A stretch of DNA of 64,000 nt from Thalassovita sp. (GCF_965218685.1 NZ_OZ244657.1:55639-119638); one strand, 5' to 3'; positions 37,318 through 47,667 are shown, numbered from the stretch's first letter. A program made the numbers and translations. Notes: generated by a model from the letters alone, not told the origin.

Positions 37318-38004
37318 TTAGATAAGCACCTCGAACAGCTGCCCCACCCCTGAGGTGATGCCCATGGCCACGCTGCCCCAGAACAGCACCCGCACCACGG
37401 CAGGCAGGACCTGCGCACCGCCCAGACGCGCGCCAGTGCCCCCCAGCAGCGTCAGCGCCAGCAGGGTCATCGCGGCCACGACCCAAACCACCGACTGCCC
37501 CGGGGCCAGTACCGCACCCGCCAAGGGAATCGAGGCCCCCATAGCAAATGCCACACCCGAGGCCACAGCTGCCTGCAGCGGCTGAGAGCTGGCCAACTCG
37601 GTCAGGCCAAGTTCCTCGCGGGCATGGGCGTCCAGCGCGTCATGGGCGGTCAGTTGCAGGGCAACTTCACGGGCGATCTTGCGATCCACGCCGCGCGCAA
37701 TCAGGCCATCTGCCAGCTCGCCCAGTTCGTAAATCGGGTTTTCTTCCAGCGCTTTGCGTTCCCGTTCCAGATCCGCAGCCTCGATATCCGACTGGGCCGA
37801 AACCGAGACATATTCCCCCGCCGCCATCGAAAACGCCCCCGCCGAAAGCCCGGCCAGCCCCGTCAGCAGCAACCCCGAGCGGTCCACCCCCGCAGCGGCA
37901 ACCCCGACCAGCAGGCTGGCCGTGGACAAGATGCCGTCATTGGCGCCCAAAATGGCAGCGCGCAACCAGCCGGATCGGTTGATGAAATGGCCCTCTTTAG
38001 GCAT
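37318..38004 (-). CDS. VIT1/CCC1-family Fe/Mn transporter
   Basis: LRAAILGANDGILS, AFSMAAGEYVSV, HAREELG. Confidence 0.92.
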   Translation of the reverse strand: MPKEGHFINRSGWLRAAILGANDGILSTASLLVGVAAAGVDRSGLLLTGLAGLSAGAFSMAAGEYVSVSAQSDIEAADLERERKALEENPIYELGELADGLIARGVDRKIAREVALQLTAHDALDAHAREELGLTELASSQPLQAAVASGVAFAMGASIPLAGAVLAPGQSVVWVVAAMTLLALTLLGGTGARLGGAQVLPAVVRVLFWGSVAMGITSGVGQLFEVLI

Positions 38005-38047
38005 GGGGACGGCTCCTGCGATGCATTTGCATATGCCCTAAGACGCG

Positions 38048-38070
38048 AAAGGCCACGCAATCGCGTGGCC
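38048..38070 (-). terminator. Terminator hairpin after rpmG
   Basis: GGCCACGC-AATC-GCGTGGCC followed by TTT on the minus strand. Confidence 0.55.
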
Positions 38071-38097
38071 CAAAGCGTCATACGGAAAGGGGATCAA

Positions 38098-38265
38098 TTA
38101 CTTGATCTTGCCTTCCTTATACTCGACGTGCTTGCGCGCGACGGGGTCGTATTTACGCACAACCATTTTTTCGGTCATGGTCTTTGCGTTCTTTTTGGTC
38201 ACGTAGAAGTGGCCCGTGTCTGCGGTCGAGTTCAGACGGATTTTGATAGTTGCCGGCTTCGCCAT
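38098..38265 (-). CDS. rpmG: 50S ribosomal protein L33 (55 aa, no Cys; absent from ORF track)
   Basis: Manual translation [55 protein letters not shown]. Confidence 0.97.
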   Translation of the reverse strand: MAKPATIKIRLNSTADTGHFYVTKKNAKTMTEKMVVRKYDPVARKHVEYKEGKIK

Positions 38266-38328
38266 ATTAAAACTCCGTTCATCGGTTTACGAGGCAGTCG
38301 GGCCGCCCGTGGAATCCTTGAAGCCTGC

Positions 38329-38356
38329 CTTTTAAGGGTTATGGGGCCCGAGTCAA
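38329..38356 (-). promoter_or_regulatory. Sigma70-type promoter for rpmG
   Basis: TTGACT-N16-TAAAAG on the minus strand. Confidence 0.5.
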
Positions 38357-38408
38357 CCGATATTCTGCGCGCCCTTTGCATTCGGGGGCGCTTTGACGAA
38401 AGCCGGGG

Positions 38409-39134
38409 CTACAGCGCGGGTTTTCCCATCGCCTGGTGGATGCCGGAAACCTTGTCATCGGACAGGCCCAGGGCGCTGGCAAGGCCGGAAAGATATTGTT
38501 TTTCCGGATCGGTATTCACAGTGATCGCCATCAGCGCGGCCGAATAGACCTGCGCCTTGGCGGCCTCTCCGGTTTCGGTGGCCAGACCATTCACATCAAT
38601 GGGGGCGTCCAGTTCCGAGGTTACAAAGGCGACCTCCTCTTCGCTGGCCTCGCTCAGGTGCTCCAGGATCTTGGCGCGCTCTTCGGCGTCAATCTCGCCG
38701 TCGGCTTTGGCGGCCTGGATCATGGCCCGGATCATGAGGCGAGCGTTTTCCTCGGCCATCACACCGATGGGGGTGCCGGCGGTCATTGCCTCGAACAAAG
38801 AGGACATACCGCCTGCGCCTGCGGTCGCAGCGCCAGTCATCGCTGACATCAGCCCGGCCATGCCGGCCTCGGCCGCCTCCGAGGCGCCCTTGGTCTGCGC
38901 CCCGAACATACCCATCATGTTTTCCAGCGCGTCCTTGCCCGCGGTCATCCCCATTTTTCCGGCCATTTCCTCCATCTGGGTGTTCATCTGCGCCATTGGG
39001 CTGTCATCACCGCCGGTCATCTTTTTCATGGCGTCCTGCACACCTTCCATCCCGCCCATCTGACGAAACTTGTCCACGCCGCGCGCTGCAGCAAAGCCAA
39101 CGGCTAGGGTCGCAAGGGTTCTTACAAAGCTCAT
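38409..39134 (-). CDS. DUF533/TerB-like protein with Met/Gly-rich linker
   Basis: LMIRAMIQAAKADGEIDAEE...QVYSAALMAI..EKQYLSGLASALGL C-terminal domain. Confidence 0.8.
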   Translation of the reverse strand: MSFVRTLATLAVGFAAARGVDKFRQMGGMEGVQDAMKKMTGGDDSPMAQMNTQMEEMAGKMGMTAGKDALENMMGMFGAQTKGASEAAEAGMAGLMSAMTGAATAGAGGMSSLFEAMTAGTPIGVMAEENARLMIRAMIQAAKADGEIDAEERAKILEHLSEASEEEVAFVTSELDAPIDVNGLATETGEAAKAQVYSAALMAITVNTDPEKQYLSGLASALGLSDDKVSGIHQAMGKPAL

Positions 39135-39230
39135 GAGGGGATCTCCGGTGTTCTGTTACGTTGCGTCCATTTTGCGACCTAGCCTGCAGCGCGCCAAGCT
39201 TTTTCCGAGAAATTTGGGCAATTTATGCGC

Positions 39231-39619
39231 GGAGAGCCTGTAAGCCGGATTCTGTCCGGGCGCTTGCGCACCCTGGATGACCATTCTTCTAAACGCGCTG
39301 TTACCAACGCGCCTCTAGCTGCCAACCCGGGCCTCTGGGTCAAAGCGTACCCTGCGGTGATATCGGGCAAGCCCGATCAACCCCGCGCGAGGCCCCTATT
39401 CGGCATTGCTCCGGGTGGGGCTTGCCGTGCCGGTCCTGTTACCAGTCCCGCGGTGAGCTCTTACCTCACCGTTTCACCCTTACCCAGCACGCTGGGCGGT
39501 CTGTTTTCTGTGGCGCTTTCCCTGGGGTTGCCCCCGCCGGGCGTTACCCGGCACCCTTGCCTTGTGGAGTCCGGACTTTCCTCCTGCGTCTTGCGACACA
39601 AGCGGCCATCCAGCTCTCC
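39231..39619 (-). ncRNA. rnpB: RNase P RNA, class A
   Basis: Minus strand has GAGGAAAGUCCGGACUCC, GGGAAAGCGCCACAGAAA, GGGUGAAACGG, GAGCAA and ACAGAAUCCGGCUUA; 5' GGAGAG pairs with 3' CUCUCC. Confidence 0.97.
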
Positions 39620-39629
39620 GCGCTGGGAT

Positions 39630-39658
39630 CACTTAGGCGTTGGAAAGGGTCCGGTCAA
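39630..39658 (-). promoter_or_regulatory. Sigma70-type promoter for rnpB
   Basis: TTGACC-N17-TAAGTG just upstream of the P1 helix, overlapping the amidase stop. Confidence 0.6.
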
Positions 39659-40377
39659 CCGTCCTGCTTGACCGGAAAGCGCGTGGCCAAGTCATGGGCC
39701 ACCGCGATGGCATAGCCCCGGTTGTCCGGACCGGCGCAGCCAAAACGGGTGCAAAAGGCGTTATAGACATGAATCGGGGCCATATCGTTATCGGGCATGA
39801 CATAGCCAAAGGTCTTTAGCGATTTGCCGATTTCCAGGATGGCCAGCGCGTCCCACCCCTCTTGTCCGGCGTAATCAGCACGCTGGATGTCGGGCCAGAC
39901 GGACAGGCCCTGCAGTGCCAACCGCCGCCAGTCAAAGCGCGCACCCGGGTCCTGCTTGCGGTCCGGGGCCATGTCCGAATGGCCGATTACCCTTTCGGGC
40001 GGGATATTCCAGCGCTTCATGGTCCCGGTCAGCAAGCGTTCCAACGCGGCCATCTGCGGTTCAGGAAAAGGGCAATCGCCCCGGTTTGCCAGCTCGATCC
40101 CGATCGAGCGCGAGTTCACATCCGAAACCCCACCCCATTTACCGGCTCCCGCGTGCCAGGCGCGCTTGTCCTCGTCCACAAGCTGCCAGATCTGGCCGCT
40201 TTCAGAGATCAGGTAATGGGCGGAAACTTCGACCTCGGGATCGCAAAGACGCTCCAGCGCCGCCTTGGCCGTGTCCATCGCCGTGTAGTGCAAAACAACC
40301 ATGTCCGGGGTCGCGCCCTCGCGCCGTTCACCGAAACTGGGGGACGGGCAGGACAGGATTTCAGCCGGAGCACTCAC
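39655..40377 (-). CDS. N-acetylmuramoyl-L-alanine amidase (Amidase_2, AmpD/AmiD-like)
   Basis: VVLHYT, VSAHYLI, AWHAG, NSRSIGIEL, IGHSD...RKQDPG. Confidence 0.92.
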   Translation of the reverse strand: MSAPAEILSCPSPSFGERREGATPDMVVLHYTAMDTAKAALERLCDPEVEVSAHYLISESGQIWQLVDEDKRAWHAGAGKWGGVSDVNSRSIGIELANRGDCPFPEPQMAALERLLTGTMKRWNIPPERVIGHSDMAPDRKQDPGARFDWRRLALQGLSVWPDIQRADYAGQEGWDALAILEIGKSLKTFGYVMPDNDMAPIHVYNAFCTRFGCAGPDNRGYAIAVAHDLATRFPVKQDG

Positions 40378-40383
40378 GCGCGA

Positions 40384-41157
40384 TTAGCCCCCAGAGGCCT
40401 TGCGGAACGGGCGCGGATCCCAGCTGCAGGCATAACCGTCCCCATCAGGGTCCAGGCCCCGGCGGTCACGTTTGGGCCCGCCACGTTTCAGGAAATCGGT
40501 TTGCGCCAGATCAGGCGAGGCATACGCCGCGCAGTTACGCGCCGCCCGCGCATCGGTGTTCAAAGGCGAGCGTTTATACAGCTTGTTGCCCATCGGGTTG
40601 TCGGTTCTCAGCGCGTATTCCACGATATTGGGGCCACTGGCGCCGGTGCGGGTGGGCACGGCCGTGGGCTGCACGACCTCGTATTGCGCACGGTTCTGGG
40701 CCAGCCGTTCGGCATCGCTTTCGATGGACCGCTGTGCCGAAACGGTATTGAAGTCATTCTCCGAGGAAATACCAGGGTGGTTCATCTGTACGGGCGCGGG
40801 ATTGGACGGGTTGGCGTCCACCGGCTTTTCGCCCGAGTTCAGAGCAGCGGCCGTAGCTGCTGCGATGCTTTCAGCCTCGGTTTCCGGTTGCCCCAAGGCA
40901 CCTTCGCGCGTGGCCGAAAGCGGCTGGGTCCCGCTGGGCACAGTACCCGAGACACCGGTCCGGCTGGGCTCTAGCGATTCTTCTGAAACCGCCAGGGGCG
41001 CGGGCAGGACGTCGCCCGCCAACGCGGCCTCGCGCTGCGCCTGTTGGCGCTGGAAGTCCGAGTAGCTACCGAAACCAACACCTGCGCCGCTGTCAGGGAT
41101 CGAGGGCTCGCACCCCGCCAAACCCATCAGGGCCACACCGCATAGTAGATACCGCAT
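40384..41157 (-). CDS. Hypothetical lipoprotein
   Basis: MRYLLCGVALMGLAGC lipobox; C-terminal CAAY...AQTDFLKRGGPKRDRRGLDPDGDGYACSW with an Excalibur-like DxDxDGxxC tail. Confidence 0.75.
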   Translation of the reverse strand: MRYLLCGVALMGLAGCEPSIPDSGAGVGFGSYSDFQRQQAQREAALAGDVLPAPLAVSEESLEPSRTGVSGTVPSGTQPLSATREGALGQPETEAESIAAATAAALNSGEKPVDANPSNPAPVQMNHPGISSENDFNTVSAQRSIESDAERLAQNRAQYEVVQPTAVPTRTGASGPNIVEYALRTDNPMGNKLYKRSPLNTDARAARNCAAYASPDLAQTDFLKRGGPKRDRRGLDPDGDGYACSWDPRPFRKASGG

Positions 41158-41192
41158 CGAAACCGTCCTGCCTTGGATCATTGGGCGAAGTT

Positions 41193-42680
41193 TTACCACC
41201 ACTGTCCGGGTTTGGCTACAAATCCGGCTGCTTGCTCAAGGGCATAGGCGGTATTCAGCAAGTCGCCTTCTTCCCACGGACGCCCGATCAGCTGCAGACC
41301 CAGCGGCAAGCCCTGCTTGTCCAGCCCGGTGGGCACGCTGACGCCCGGCAGACCGGCCAGGTTCACCGTCACAGTGAACACGTCGTTCAGATACATTTTG
41401 ACCGGATCGTCCTCGTTCATCTCTCCCAGACCAAAGGCCGAGGACGGCGTCGCGGGCGTCAGGATCGCATCCACACCGGCGGCAAAGACGTCATCAAAGT
41501 CTTTCTTGATCAGCGCACGAACGCGGCGGGCCCGGTTGTAATAGGCATCATAGAAACCAGCCGACAGAACGTAGGTGCCCACCATCACGCGGCGCTGCAC
41601 CTCGTGACCGAAGCCCTCGGCGCGGGTTTTTTCATACATCTCGGTGATGCCGTCACCCGCAGCCAGCGTCGCGCGGTGGCCGTAGCGCACCCCGTCATAG
41701 CGCGCCAGGTTCGAGGAAGCCTCGGCCGGGGCAATCACATAGTAAGCGGGCAGCGCATATTTGGTGTGCGGCAGGCTGATATCGACGATCTCGGCGCCCG
41801 CGTCCTTCAGCATCGCAGTACCGTCATCCCACAGCTTCACGATCTCTTCAGGGGTGCCGTCCAGACGGTATTCCTTGGGGATACCGATTTTCTTGCCCTT
41901 GATATCGCCGGTCAGCATGGCCTCGAAATTCGGGACGGCCAGATCGGCGCTTGTGCTGTCCTTGGGGTCGTGGCCCGACATGGCCTCCAGCATGATCGCG
42001 GCGTCGCGCACGGATTTCGTCATCGGCCCGGCCTGATCCAGCGACGAGGCAAAGGCGACGATGCCCCAACGCGAGCAACGGCCATAGGTGGGTTTGATCC
42101 CCACGGTGCCGGTGAAGGCACAGGGCTGACGGATCGAGCCGCCAGTGTCGGTGCCGGTCGCGGCCAGACACAGGTCAGCCGCCACAGCCGAGGCCGACCC
42201 ACCCGACGAGCCACCGGGCGTCAGCGGGGTGTCATCATTGCCCCGGCGCCACGGGTTCACTGCATTGCCATAAACGCTGGTTTCGTTCGAGCTACCCATG
42301 GCGAACTCGTCCATGTTCAGCTTGCCCAGCATGACCGAGCCTGCATCGAACAGTTTGCTGGTCACGGTGGATTCGTATTCGGGCTTGAAGCCTTCCAGAA
42401 TGCCGCTGGCGGCCTGGCTGAGCACACCCTTGGTGCAGAAAAGATCCTTGATGCCGACGGGCAAGCCGCACATGGCGGGCGCGTCACCGGCGGCCAGACG
42501 TTCGTCGGCGGCCTTGGCCTGCTCCAGCGCGATCTCGGGCGTTTTGTGCACAAAGGCGTTCAGCTCGCCCGCAGCCTCGATGGCGGCCAGGCAGGATTCG
42601 GTCAGCTCAACCGAGGTTACTTCCTTGGCGCGCAGTTTATCTCGGGCCTCGGCCAGGGTCAGTTTGTTCAGATCAGACAT
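41193..42680 (-). CDS. gatA: Glu-tRNA(Gln) amidotransferase subunit A
   Basis: [46 protein letters not shown]. Confidence 0.97.
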   Translation of the reverse strand: MSDLNKLTLAEARDKLRAKEVTSVELTESCLAAIEAAGELNAFVHKTPEIALEQAKAADERLAAGDAPAMCGLPVGIKDLFCTKGVLSQAASGILEGFKPEYESTVTSKLFDAGSVMLGKLNMDEFAMGSSNETSVYGNAVNPWRRGNDDTPLTPGGSSGGSASAVAADLCLAATGTDTGGSIRQPCAFTGTVGIKPTYGRCSRWGIVAFASSLDQAGPMTKSVRDAAIMLEAMSGHDPKDSTSADLAVPNFEAMLTGDIKGKKIGIPKEYRLDGTPEEIVKLWDDGTAMLKDAGAEIVDISLPHTKYALPAYYVIAPAEASSNLARYDGVRYGHRATLAAGDGITEMYEKTRAEGFGHEVQRRVMVGTYVLSAGFYDAYYNRARRVRALIKKDFDDVFAAGVDAILTPATPSSAFGLGEMNEDDPVKMYLNDVFTVTVNLAGLPGVSVPTGLDKQGLPLGLQLIGRPWEEGDLLNTAYALEQAAGFVAKPGQWW

Positions 42681-42967
42681 TACTCAACCACCTTGGGAAC
42701 TGCGAAAAAGCCTTCGCGCGCGTCGGGTGCGTTTTTCAGGATCTTGTCCTGATAATCGCCATCGGTCACCACGTCTTCGCGGCGTTTCAGGCGCATCGGC
42801 GTGACCGAGGTCATCGGCTCTACGCCTTCCACATCCACCTCGTTGAGCTGTTCGATGAAGCCCAGGATGGTGTTGAATTCATTCGCCAGCGCGGGCAATG
42901 CGTCGTCTTCCACCTTGATGCGGGCCAGCTTGGCCACTTTCGCAGCGGTCTGCGTGTCGATCGACAT
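42680..42967 (-). CDS. gatC: Glu-tRNA(Gln) amidotransferase subunit C
   Basis: [30 protein letters not shown]. Confidence 0.95.
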   Translation of the reverse strand: MSIDTQTAAKVAKLARIKVEDDALPALANEFNTILGFIEQLNEVDVEGVEPMTSVTPMRLKRREDVVTDGDYQDKILKNAPDAREGFFAVPKVVE

Positions 42968-43182
42968 CGGCAACTCTCCGTATTCCAGTCTTTGATGCGT
43001 TTAACGCCCTGCCCCGCGCTCCGCAAGCATCAGCGCCCCTGCCAAAGCCCTGTCCGGGTCATTCGGGCGTCTTCTTGGCGAAAATTCCCCCCAAGGCATG
43101 CACGCCCCGTCAAATGCCCTGCTGGTCAAATTAACCCTGCATGCTAGGATTTCCCCCGAGGAACCAAAAAGGAGGAGCGATC

Positions 43183-43875
43183 ATGAAAATCACCTGGCTG
43201 GGCCATGCGGGTTTCCGAATCGAGATTGAGGATCAGGTCCTGCTGATCGATCCATGGCTGACTGGCAACCCACTGTTCCCCGAGGACAGCCGCGACACCG
43301 CCATCAAGGGTGCGACGGCGATCCTGCTGACCCATGGCCACGGCGACCACATCGGCGACACCCTTCCCATCGCCAAGAAACTGAACATCCCCGTGCTGGG
43401 GATCTATGACCTGATGAGCTTTTGGGAGGAAAAAGAAGGGATCCAAGTGGTCGGCTTCAACAAGGGTGGCACCGTCAAACAGGGTCAGGTTGCGATCACC
43501 ATGGTGAACGCCGTGCACAGCTCGTCCATGCGCGGGCCAAACGCTCCGGTTTATTGCGGGGCCGAGGCAGGGTTCATGATCGCGGGCGAAGGGCACACGA
43601 TCTATCTGACTGGTGACACGGACGTGATGTCGGACATGAAAATCTTCAACGACCTGCACAAACCCGACATCGGCATTCTGTGCGCGGGCGGCCATTTCAC
43701 CATGGATATGAGGCGCGCCTCTTATGCGGCGAAGACCTTCTTCAACTTCACCACGGTGATCCCCTGCCACTACCGCACCTTCCCGATCCTGGAACAATCG
43801 GCCGAGCTGATGAAGGAAGAGCTGCAAGGCGTCGACGTGATCGAGCCTCAGGTGATGGTGCCGATCGCGCTGTAA
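43183..43875 (+). CDS. UPF0173 metallo-beta-lactamase-fold hydrolase
   Basis: ITWLGHA, LIDPW, THGHGDH, GDT, PCHY; AGGAGGAG RBS. Confidence 0.88.
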   Translation: MKITWLGHAGFRIEIEDQVLLIDPWLTGNPLFPEDSRDTAIKGATAILLTHGHGDHIGDTLPIAKKLNIPVLGIYDLMSFWEEKEGIQVVGFNKGGTVKQGQVAITMVNAVHSSSMRGPNAPVYCGAEAGFMIAGEGHTIYLTGDTDVMSDMKIFNDLHKPDIGILCAGGHFTMDMRRASYAAKTFFNFTTVIPCHYRTFPILEQSAELMKEELQGVDVIEPQVMVPIAL

Positions 43876-43878
43876 GCA

Positions 43879-44328
43879 TCAGCGGCGCCCGGCAAAGAAC
43901 TCTTTCAGCAGCGCCTCGGATTGGGGCGTTGCAATGCCATCATAAACCTCGGGGACATGATGGCACTGCGGGTGGCTGAAAATGCGCGGGCCTTGGGCCA
44001 CGCCGCCGCTTTTGGGGTCAGCCGCCCCGTAATACACCCGTGCGATCCGCGCCACTGAAAGGGCCGTGGCGCACATCGGGCATGGCTCCAGCGTGACATA
44101 CAGATCATACCCCGGCAGACGTTCTGACCCCAGGGCGGCGCATCCCTCTCGGATCACCAGAACCTCGGCATGGGCAGTGGGATCGTTCAGCTCGCGCGTG
44201 CGGTTGCCAGCCCGCGCCACGACCTCGCCTTCGGGGGACACCAGCACAGCGCCCACCGGCACCTCGCCGCGGTCTGCGGCGGCACGCGCCTCCTCCAGCG
44301 CTTGATCCATGTAGCTGCGAAACACCAT
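43879..44328 (-). CDS. tadA: tRNA adenosine deaminase / nucleoside deaminase
   Basis: GEVPVGAV, DPTAHAE, TLEPCPMC, DPKSGG. Confidence 0.88.
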   Translation of the reverse strand: MVFRSYMDQALEEARAAADRGEVPVGAVLVSPEGEVVARAGNRTRELNDPTAHAEVLVIREGCAALGSERLPGYDLYVTLEPCPMCATALSVARIARVYYGAADPKSGGVAQGPRIFSHPQCHHVPEVYDGIATPQSEALLKEFFAGRR

Positions 44329-44414
44329 TCCCTGTCTTTGCCCGTCATTGAACGCTTTCGCAATGGGGGGAAATGGTATACCTGACGGGCTTGCCCCAGT
44401 TTCGGAACCGATCC

Positions 44415-45392
44415 ATGACCAATTCCACGCCCCCCAACACGCCCGAAGGCGACCGTATTGCCAAGGTCATCGCCCGTGCGGGCCGCGCCAGCCGCCGCGA
44501 AGCCGAGCGCCTGATCGAGCAGGGCCGCGTCACCGTCAACGGCAAGACAATCGACAGCCCGGCGCTGAACGTGACGGCCTCGGACCGGATCACCGTGGAC
44601 GGGCAACCTCTGGCCGAGGCGGAACCCGCGCGGCTGTGGATGTATCACAAACCCAGGGGCCTGGTGACCACCAACAGCGACGAACAGGGCCGCGAGACGA
44701 TCTTTGACGCCCTGCCCAAGGAATTGCCGCGTGTGATGACCGTCGGGCGGTTGGATTTGAACTCCGAAGGGCTGCTGTTGTTGACAAATGACGGCGAGCT
44801 GAAGCGCAAGCTGGAACTGCCCAGCACCGGCTGGCTGCGCAAATACCGCGTCCGCGTGAATGGCCGCGTCTCCGAGGAGATGCTGGAACCCTTGCGCAAG
44901 GGCCTGACCCACGAGGGTGTCAAATACCTGCCGATGGAGATTACTCTGGACCGCCAGCAGGGCGCCAATGCCTGGCTGACCGTCGGCCTGCGTGAGGGCA
45001 AGAACCGCGAGATCCGCCGCACGATGGAGGCCGTGGGCCTGTCTGTGAACCGTCTGATCCGCGTGTCCTATGGGCCGTTCCAGCTGGGACAGCTGAAACA
45101 GGGCGAGGTCGAGGAAATCCGCCGCAAAGTGCTGCGTGACCAATTAGGTATGCCAGCCGAGGACGACACCGGCGAAGCGCGCAAAGCCGTCGGCAAGAAA
45201 TTCGTACGCCGCAAGAAACGGACAGGTGATTTTGGCGGTCCGGGTCAACCTGGCCGGCCGCAACCGGCCGGCGATAAACGTGGCCCGGCACCCAAGGGCA
45301 AACCCCGCGCGGCAGATCCCGGCGCCCGTCTGGGAGACCGCAACAGCCGCAGCGGCAAACCCCCAAGGGGTCGGCCGACCAAACGTAAGTGA
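44415..45392 (+). CDS. rluB: rRNA pseudouridine synthase (RluB/RsuA family) with S4 domain and basic tail
   Basis: [51 protein letters not shown]. Confidence 0.88.
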   Translation: MTNSTPPNTPEGDRIAKVIARAGRASRREAERLIEQGRVTVNGKTIDSPALNVTASDRITVDGQPLAEAEPARLWMYHKPRGLVTTNSDEQGRETIFDALPKELPRVMTVGRLDLNSEGLLLLTNDGELKRKLELPSTGWLRKYRVRVNGRVSEEMLEPLRKGLTHEGVKYLPMEITLDRQQGANAWLTVGLREGKNREIRRTMEAVGLSVNRLIRVSYGPFQLGQLKQGEVEEIRRKVLRDQLGMPAEDDTGEARKAVGKKFVRRKKRTGDFGGPGQPGRPQPAGDKRGPAPKGKPRAADPGARLGDRNSRSGKPPRGRPTKRK

Positions 45393-45467
45393 CGCCCCTG
45401 ACTTAATCTTCCCCCTAGTATCGCCCCGCGCGATCTCCTACGTTTCAAAACAGGTAAAGCGTGGGGA

Positions 45468-45554
45468 ATGATGTCTGATACTGGTCTGCAAAAGCTGGCA
45501 TTTGTGCTGCTTGTCATATTGATCCTCTACGTCTCGATCGCAGGAGGCGTCTGA
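45468..45554 (+). CDS. 28-aa single-pass membrane peptide (unannotated)
   Basis: MMSDTGLQKLAFVLLVILILYVSIAGGV*; GGGGA before ATG; its last codons contain the AGGAGG RBS for the next gene, which starts 1 nt after its stop. Confidence 0.6.
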   Translation: MMSDTGLQKLAFVLLVILILYVSIAGGV

Positions 45555-45555
45555 G

Positions 45556-46434
45556 GTGGCCCAGAAATACGGTGGAAAATACAGCCCCCAGGGAGACACG
45601 GCCGCGCCTCGGGGTGGGTCGTTCCGGGCTGCGCGCCGCACGCGTGCGGGCGGGCGCGTGAACCTGCTGTTTCTTGCCCCGCTACCGCTGATCTGGTCCG
45701 CCTTCGGCAATGGCCCAGCGGCGCTGGTGCTGAACTTGGTTGCGCTTGGTGTGCTGCTGCTGGCTGCCTGGCTGACCCGCGAGGGACTGCTGGCACAAGA
45801 GGCATACGAGGCCCGCACCGTGGCCCGCCGCCCTGCCTTTCCGCGCAAGATCACGGGGTCACTGCTGACCGGGCTGGGCCTGGGCGTTGCAGGCTATGCC
45901 GCGACCAGCGGGCTGGTTGAACCGCTGGTCTACCTGGTGATCGGCGCCGTGCTGCATTTCCTGTCCTTCGGCCCCGATCCAATGAAAAACAAGGGGATGG
46001 AGGGCGTTGACACCTTCCAGACCGACCGCGTGGCCCGCGCCGTGGACGAAGCCGAGGCACATTTGACCGCCATGACCGACGCGATGAAACGCGCAGGCGA
46101 CCGGCAGATGATCACCCGGCTGGAGCAATTCCAGACCACCGCCCGCGACCTGTTCCGCACCGTTGAAAACGACCCGCGCGACCTGACCGCGGCCCGCAAA
46201 TACCTGTCTGTCTATCTGATGGGCGCCCGCGACGCGACGATCAAGTTCGCAGACATCTATGCCCGCACCGGCGATTCTCAGGCGCGCACTGACTATGCCG
46301 CCCTGCTGGATGATCTTGAGCAGAACTTCGCCGCCCGGACAGAAAAACTGTTGCTGGACGACCGCAGCGATCTGAATATCGAGATCGAGGTGCTGCGCGA
46401 CCGGCTGAAACGCGAAGGCCTGACCTCGCATTAA
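45556..46434 (+). CDS. XpaC-like (5-bromo-4-chloroindolyl phosphate hydrolysis family) membrane protein
   Basis: N-terminal TM block, then DPRDLTAARKYLSVYLMGARDAT...DLNIEIEVLRDRL; paired with telA. Confidence 0.82.
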   Translation: MAQKYGGKYSPQGDTAAPRGGSFRAARRTRAGGRVNLLFLAPLPLIWSAFGNGPAALVLNLVALGVLLLAAWLTREGLLAQEAYEARTVARRPAFPRKITGSLLTGLGLGVAGYAATSGLVEPLVYLVIGAVLHFLSFGPDPMKNKGMEGVDTFQTDRVARAVDEAEAHLTAMTDAMKRAGDRQMITRLEQFQTTARDLFRTVENDPRDLTAARKYLSVYLMGARDATIKFADIYARTGDSQARTDYAALLDDLEQNFAARTEKLLLDDRSDLNIEIEVLRDRLKREGLTSH

Positions 46435-46461
46435 CGATTACACGGAGTGAAAGGGAACATC

Positions 46462-47661
46462 ATGTCCGGAACGATTCAGCAAAAAGCCAAGGAAACCCTG
46501 GCCCTGGTCGAAGAGGTGAACGCCGTCGTCCTGCCCGAACCCACCGGCGCCGACGATGTGATCGCGCTGAAGCAGGCTGAACCTGCCACATCCGAGGAAA
46601 TCCGCGCCCGTATGTCCGAACTGGACATGTCTGACACCGGCTCGATCGTGCATTTCGGTTCGGCCGCGCAAGCCGAATTGCAGGAAATCAGCCAGGCGAT
46701 GCTGACGGATGTACGCAACAAGGACGTCGGCCCCGCCGGCGACAGCCTGCGCAACATCGTCACCACGATCCGCGGCTTTTCCGTCAGCGAACTGGACGTG
46801 CGCCGCGAGCGCAGCTGGTGGGAAAAACTGATCGGTCGCGCTGCGCCTTTTGCAAAGTTCACTGCCCAGTTCGAAAACGTTCAGGGTCAGATCGACAAGA
46901 TCACCGACGACCTGCTGAAACACGAGCACACGCTGCTGAAAGACATCAAGTCGCTGGACCTGCTGTACCAGAAAACCCTGGCCTTCTATGACGAACTGGC
47001 GCTGTATATCGCCGCCGGCGAAGCCAAGCTGGACGAGCTGGACAGCACCGACATCCCCGCGAAAGAGGCCGAGGTTCAGGCCGCCCCCGAGGCCGAGCAG
47101 GTGATGAAGGCCCAGGAATTGCGCGATCTGCGCGCCGCCCGTGACGATCTGGAACGCCGGGTGCATGACCTGAAACTGACCCGCCAGGTGACCATGCAGT
47201 CGCTGCCCTCGATCCGGCTGGTGCAGGAAAACGACAAGTCGCTGGTGACCAAGATCAACTCGACCCTCGTGAACACCGTGCCGCTGTGGGAAACCCAGCT
47301 GGCGCAGGCCGTCACCATTCAACGCTCCGCCGAGGCAGCCGCCGCCGTGCGCGACGCCAATGATCTGACCAACGAGCTGCTGACCGCCAACGCTGCCAAC
47401 CTGCGCGAAAGCAACAAGATGATCCGTCAGGAAATGGAGCGCGGCGTCTTTGACATCGAGGCCGTCAAACAGGCCAATGCCGACCTGATCGCAACGATCA
47501 ACGAAAGCCTTCAGATCGCCGACGAAGGCAAGGTCAAGCGCGCCGCTGCCGAAGAGGACCTGAAGAAAATGGAGGCCGAGCTGCGCGACACGCTGGCCGC
47601 TGCCAAGGCCCGCCGCGATGGTGTGGGCGACACCGCCGGCACCGCAGTCCCCGAGGCATAA
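46462..47661 (+). CDS. telA: Toxic anion resistance protein TelA/YaaN family
   Basis: Long helical protein with FGSAAQ, Q...IRLVQENDKSLVTKINSTLVNTVPLWETQL, TNELLTANA. Confidence 0.9.
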   Translation: MSGTIQQKAKETLALVEEVNAVVLPEPTGADDVIALKQAEPATSEEIRARMSELDMSDTGSIVHFGSAAQAELQEISQAMLTDVRNKDVGPAGDSLRNIVTTIRGFSVSELDVRRERSWWEKLIGRAAPFAKFTAQFENVQGQIDKITDDLLKHEHTLLKDIKSLDLLYQKTLAFYDELALYIAAGEAKLDELDSTDIPAKEAEVQAAPEAEQVMKAQELRDLRAARDDLERRVHDLKLTRQVTMQSLPSIRLVQENDKSLVTKINSTLVNTVPLWETQLAQAVTIQRSAEAAAAVRDANDLTNELLTANAANLRESNKMIRQEMERGVFDIEAVKQANADLIATINESLQIADEGKVKRAAAEEDLKKMEAELRDTLAAAKARRDGVGDTAGTAVPEA

Positions 47662-47667
47662 TCACGC

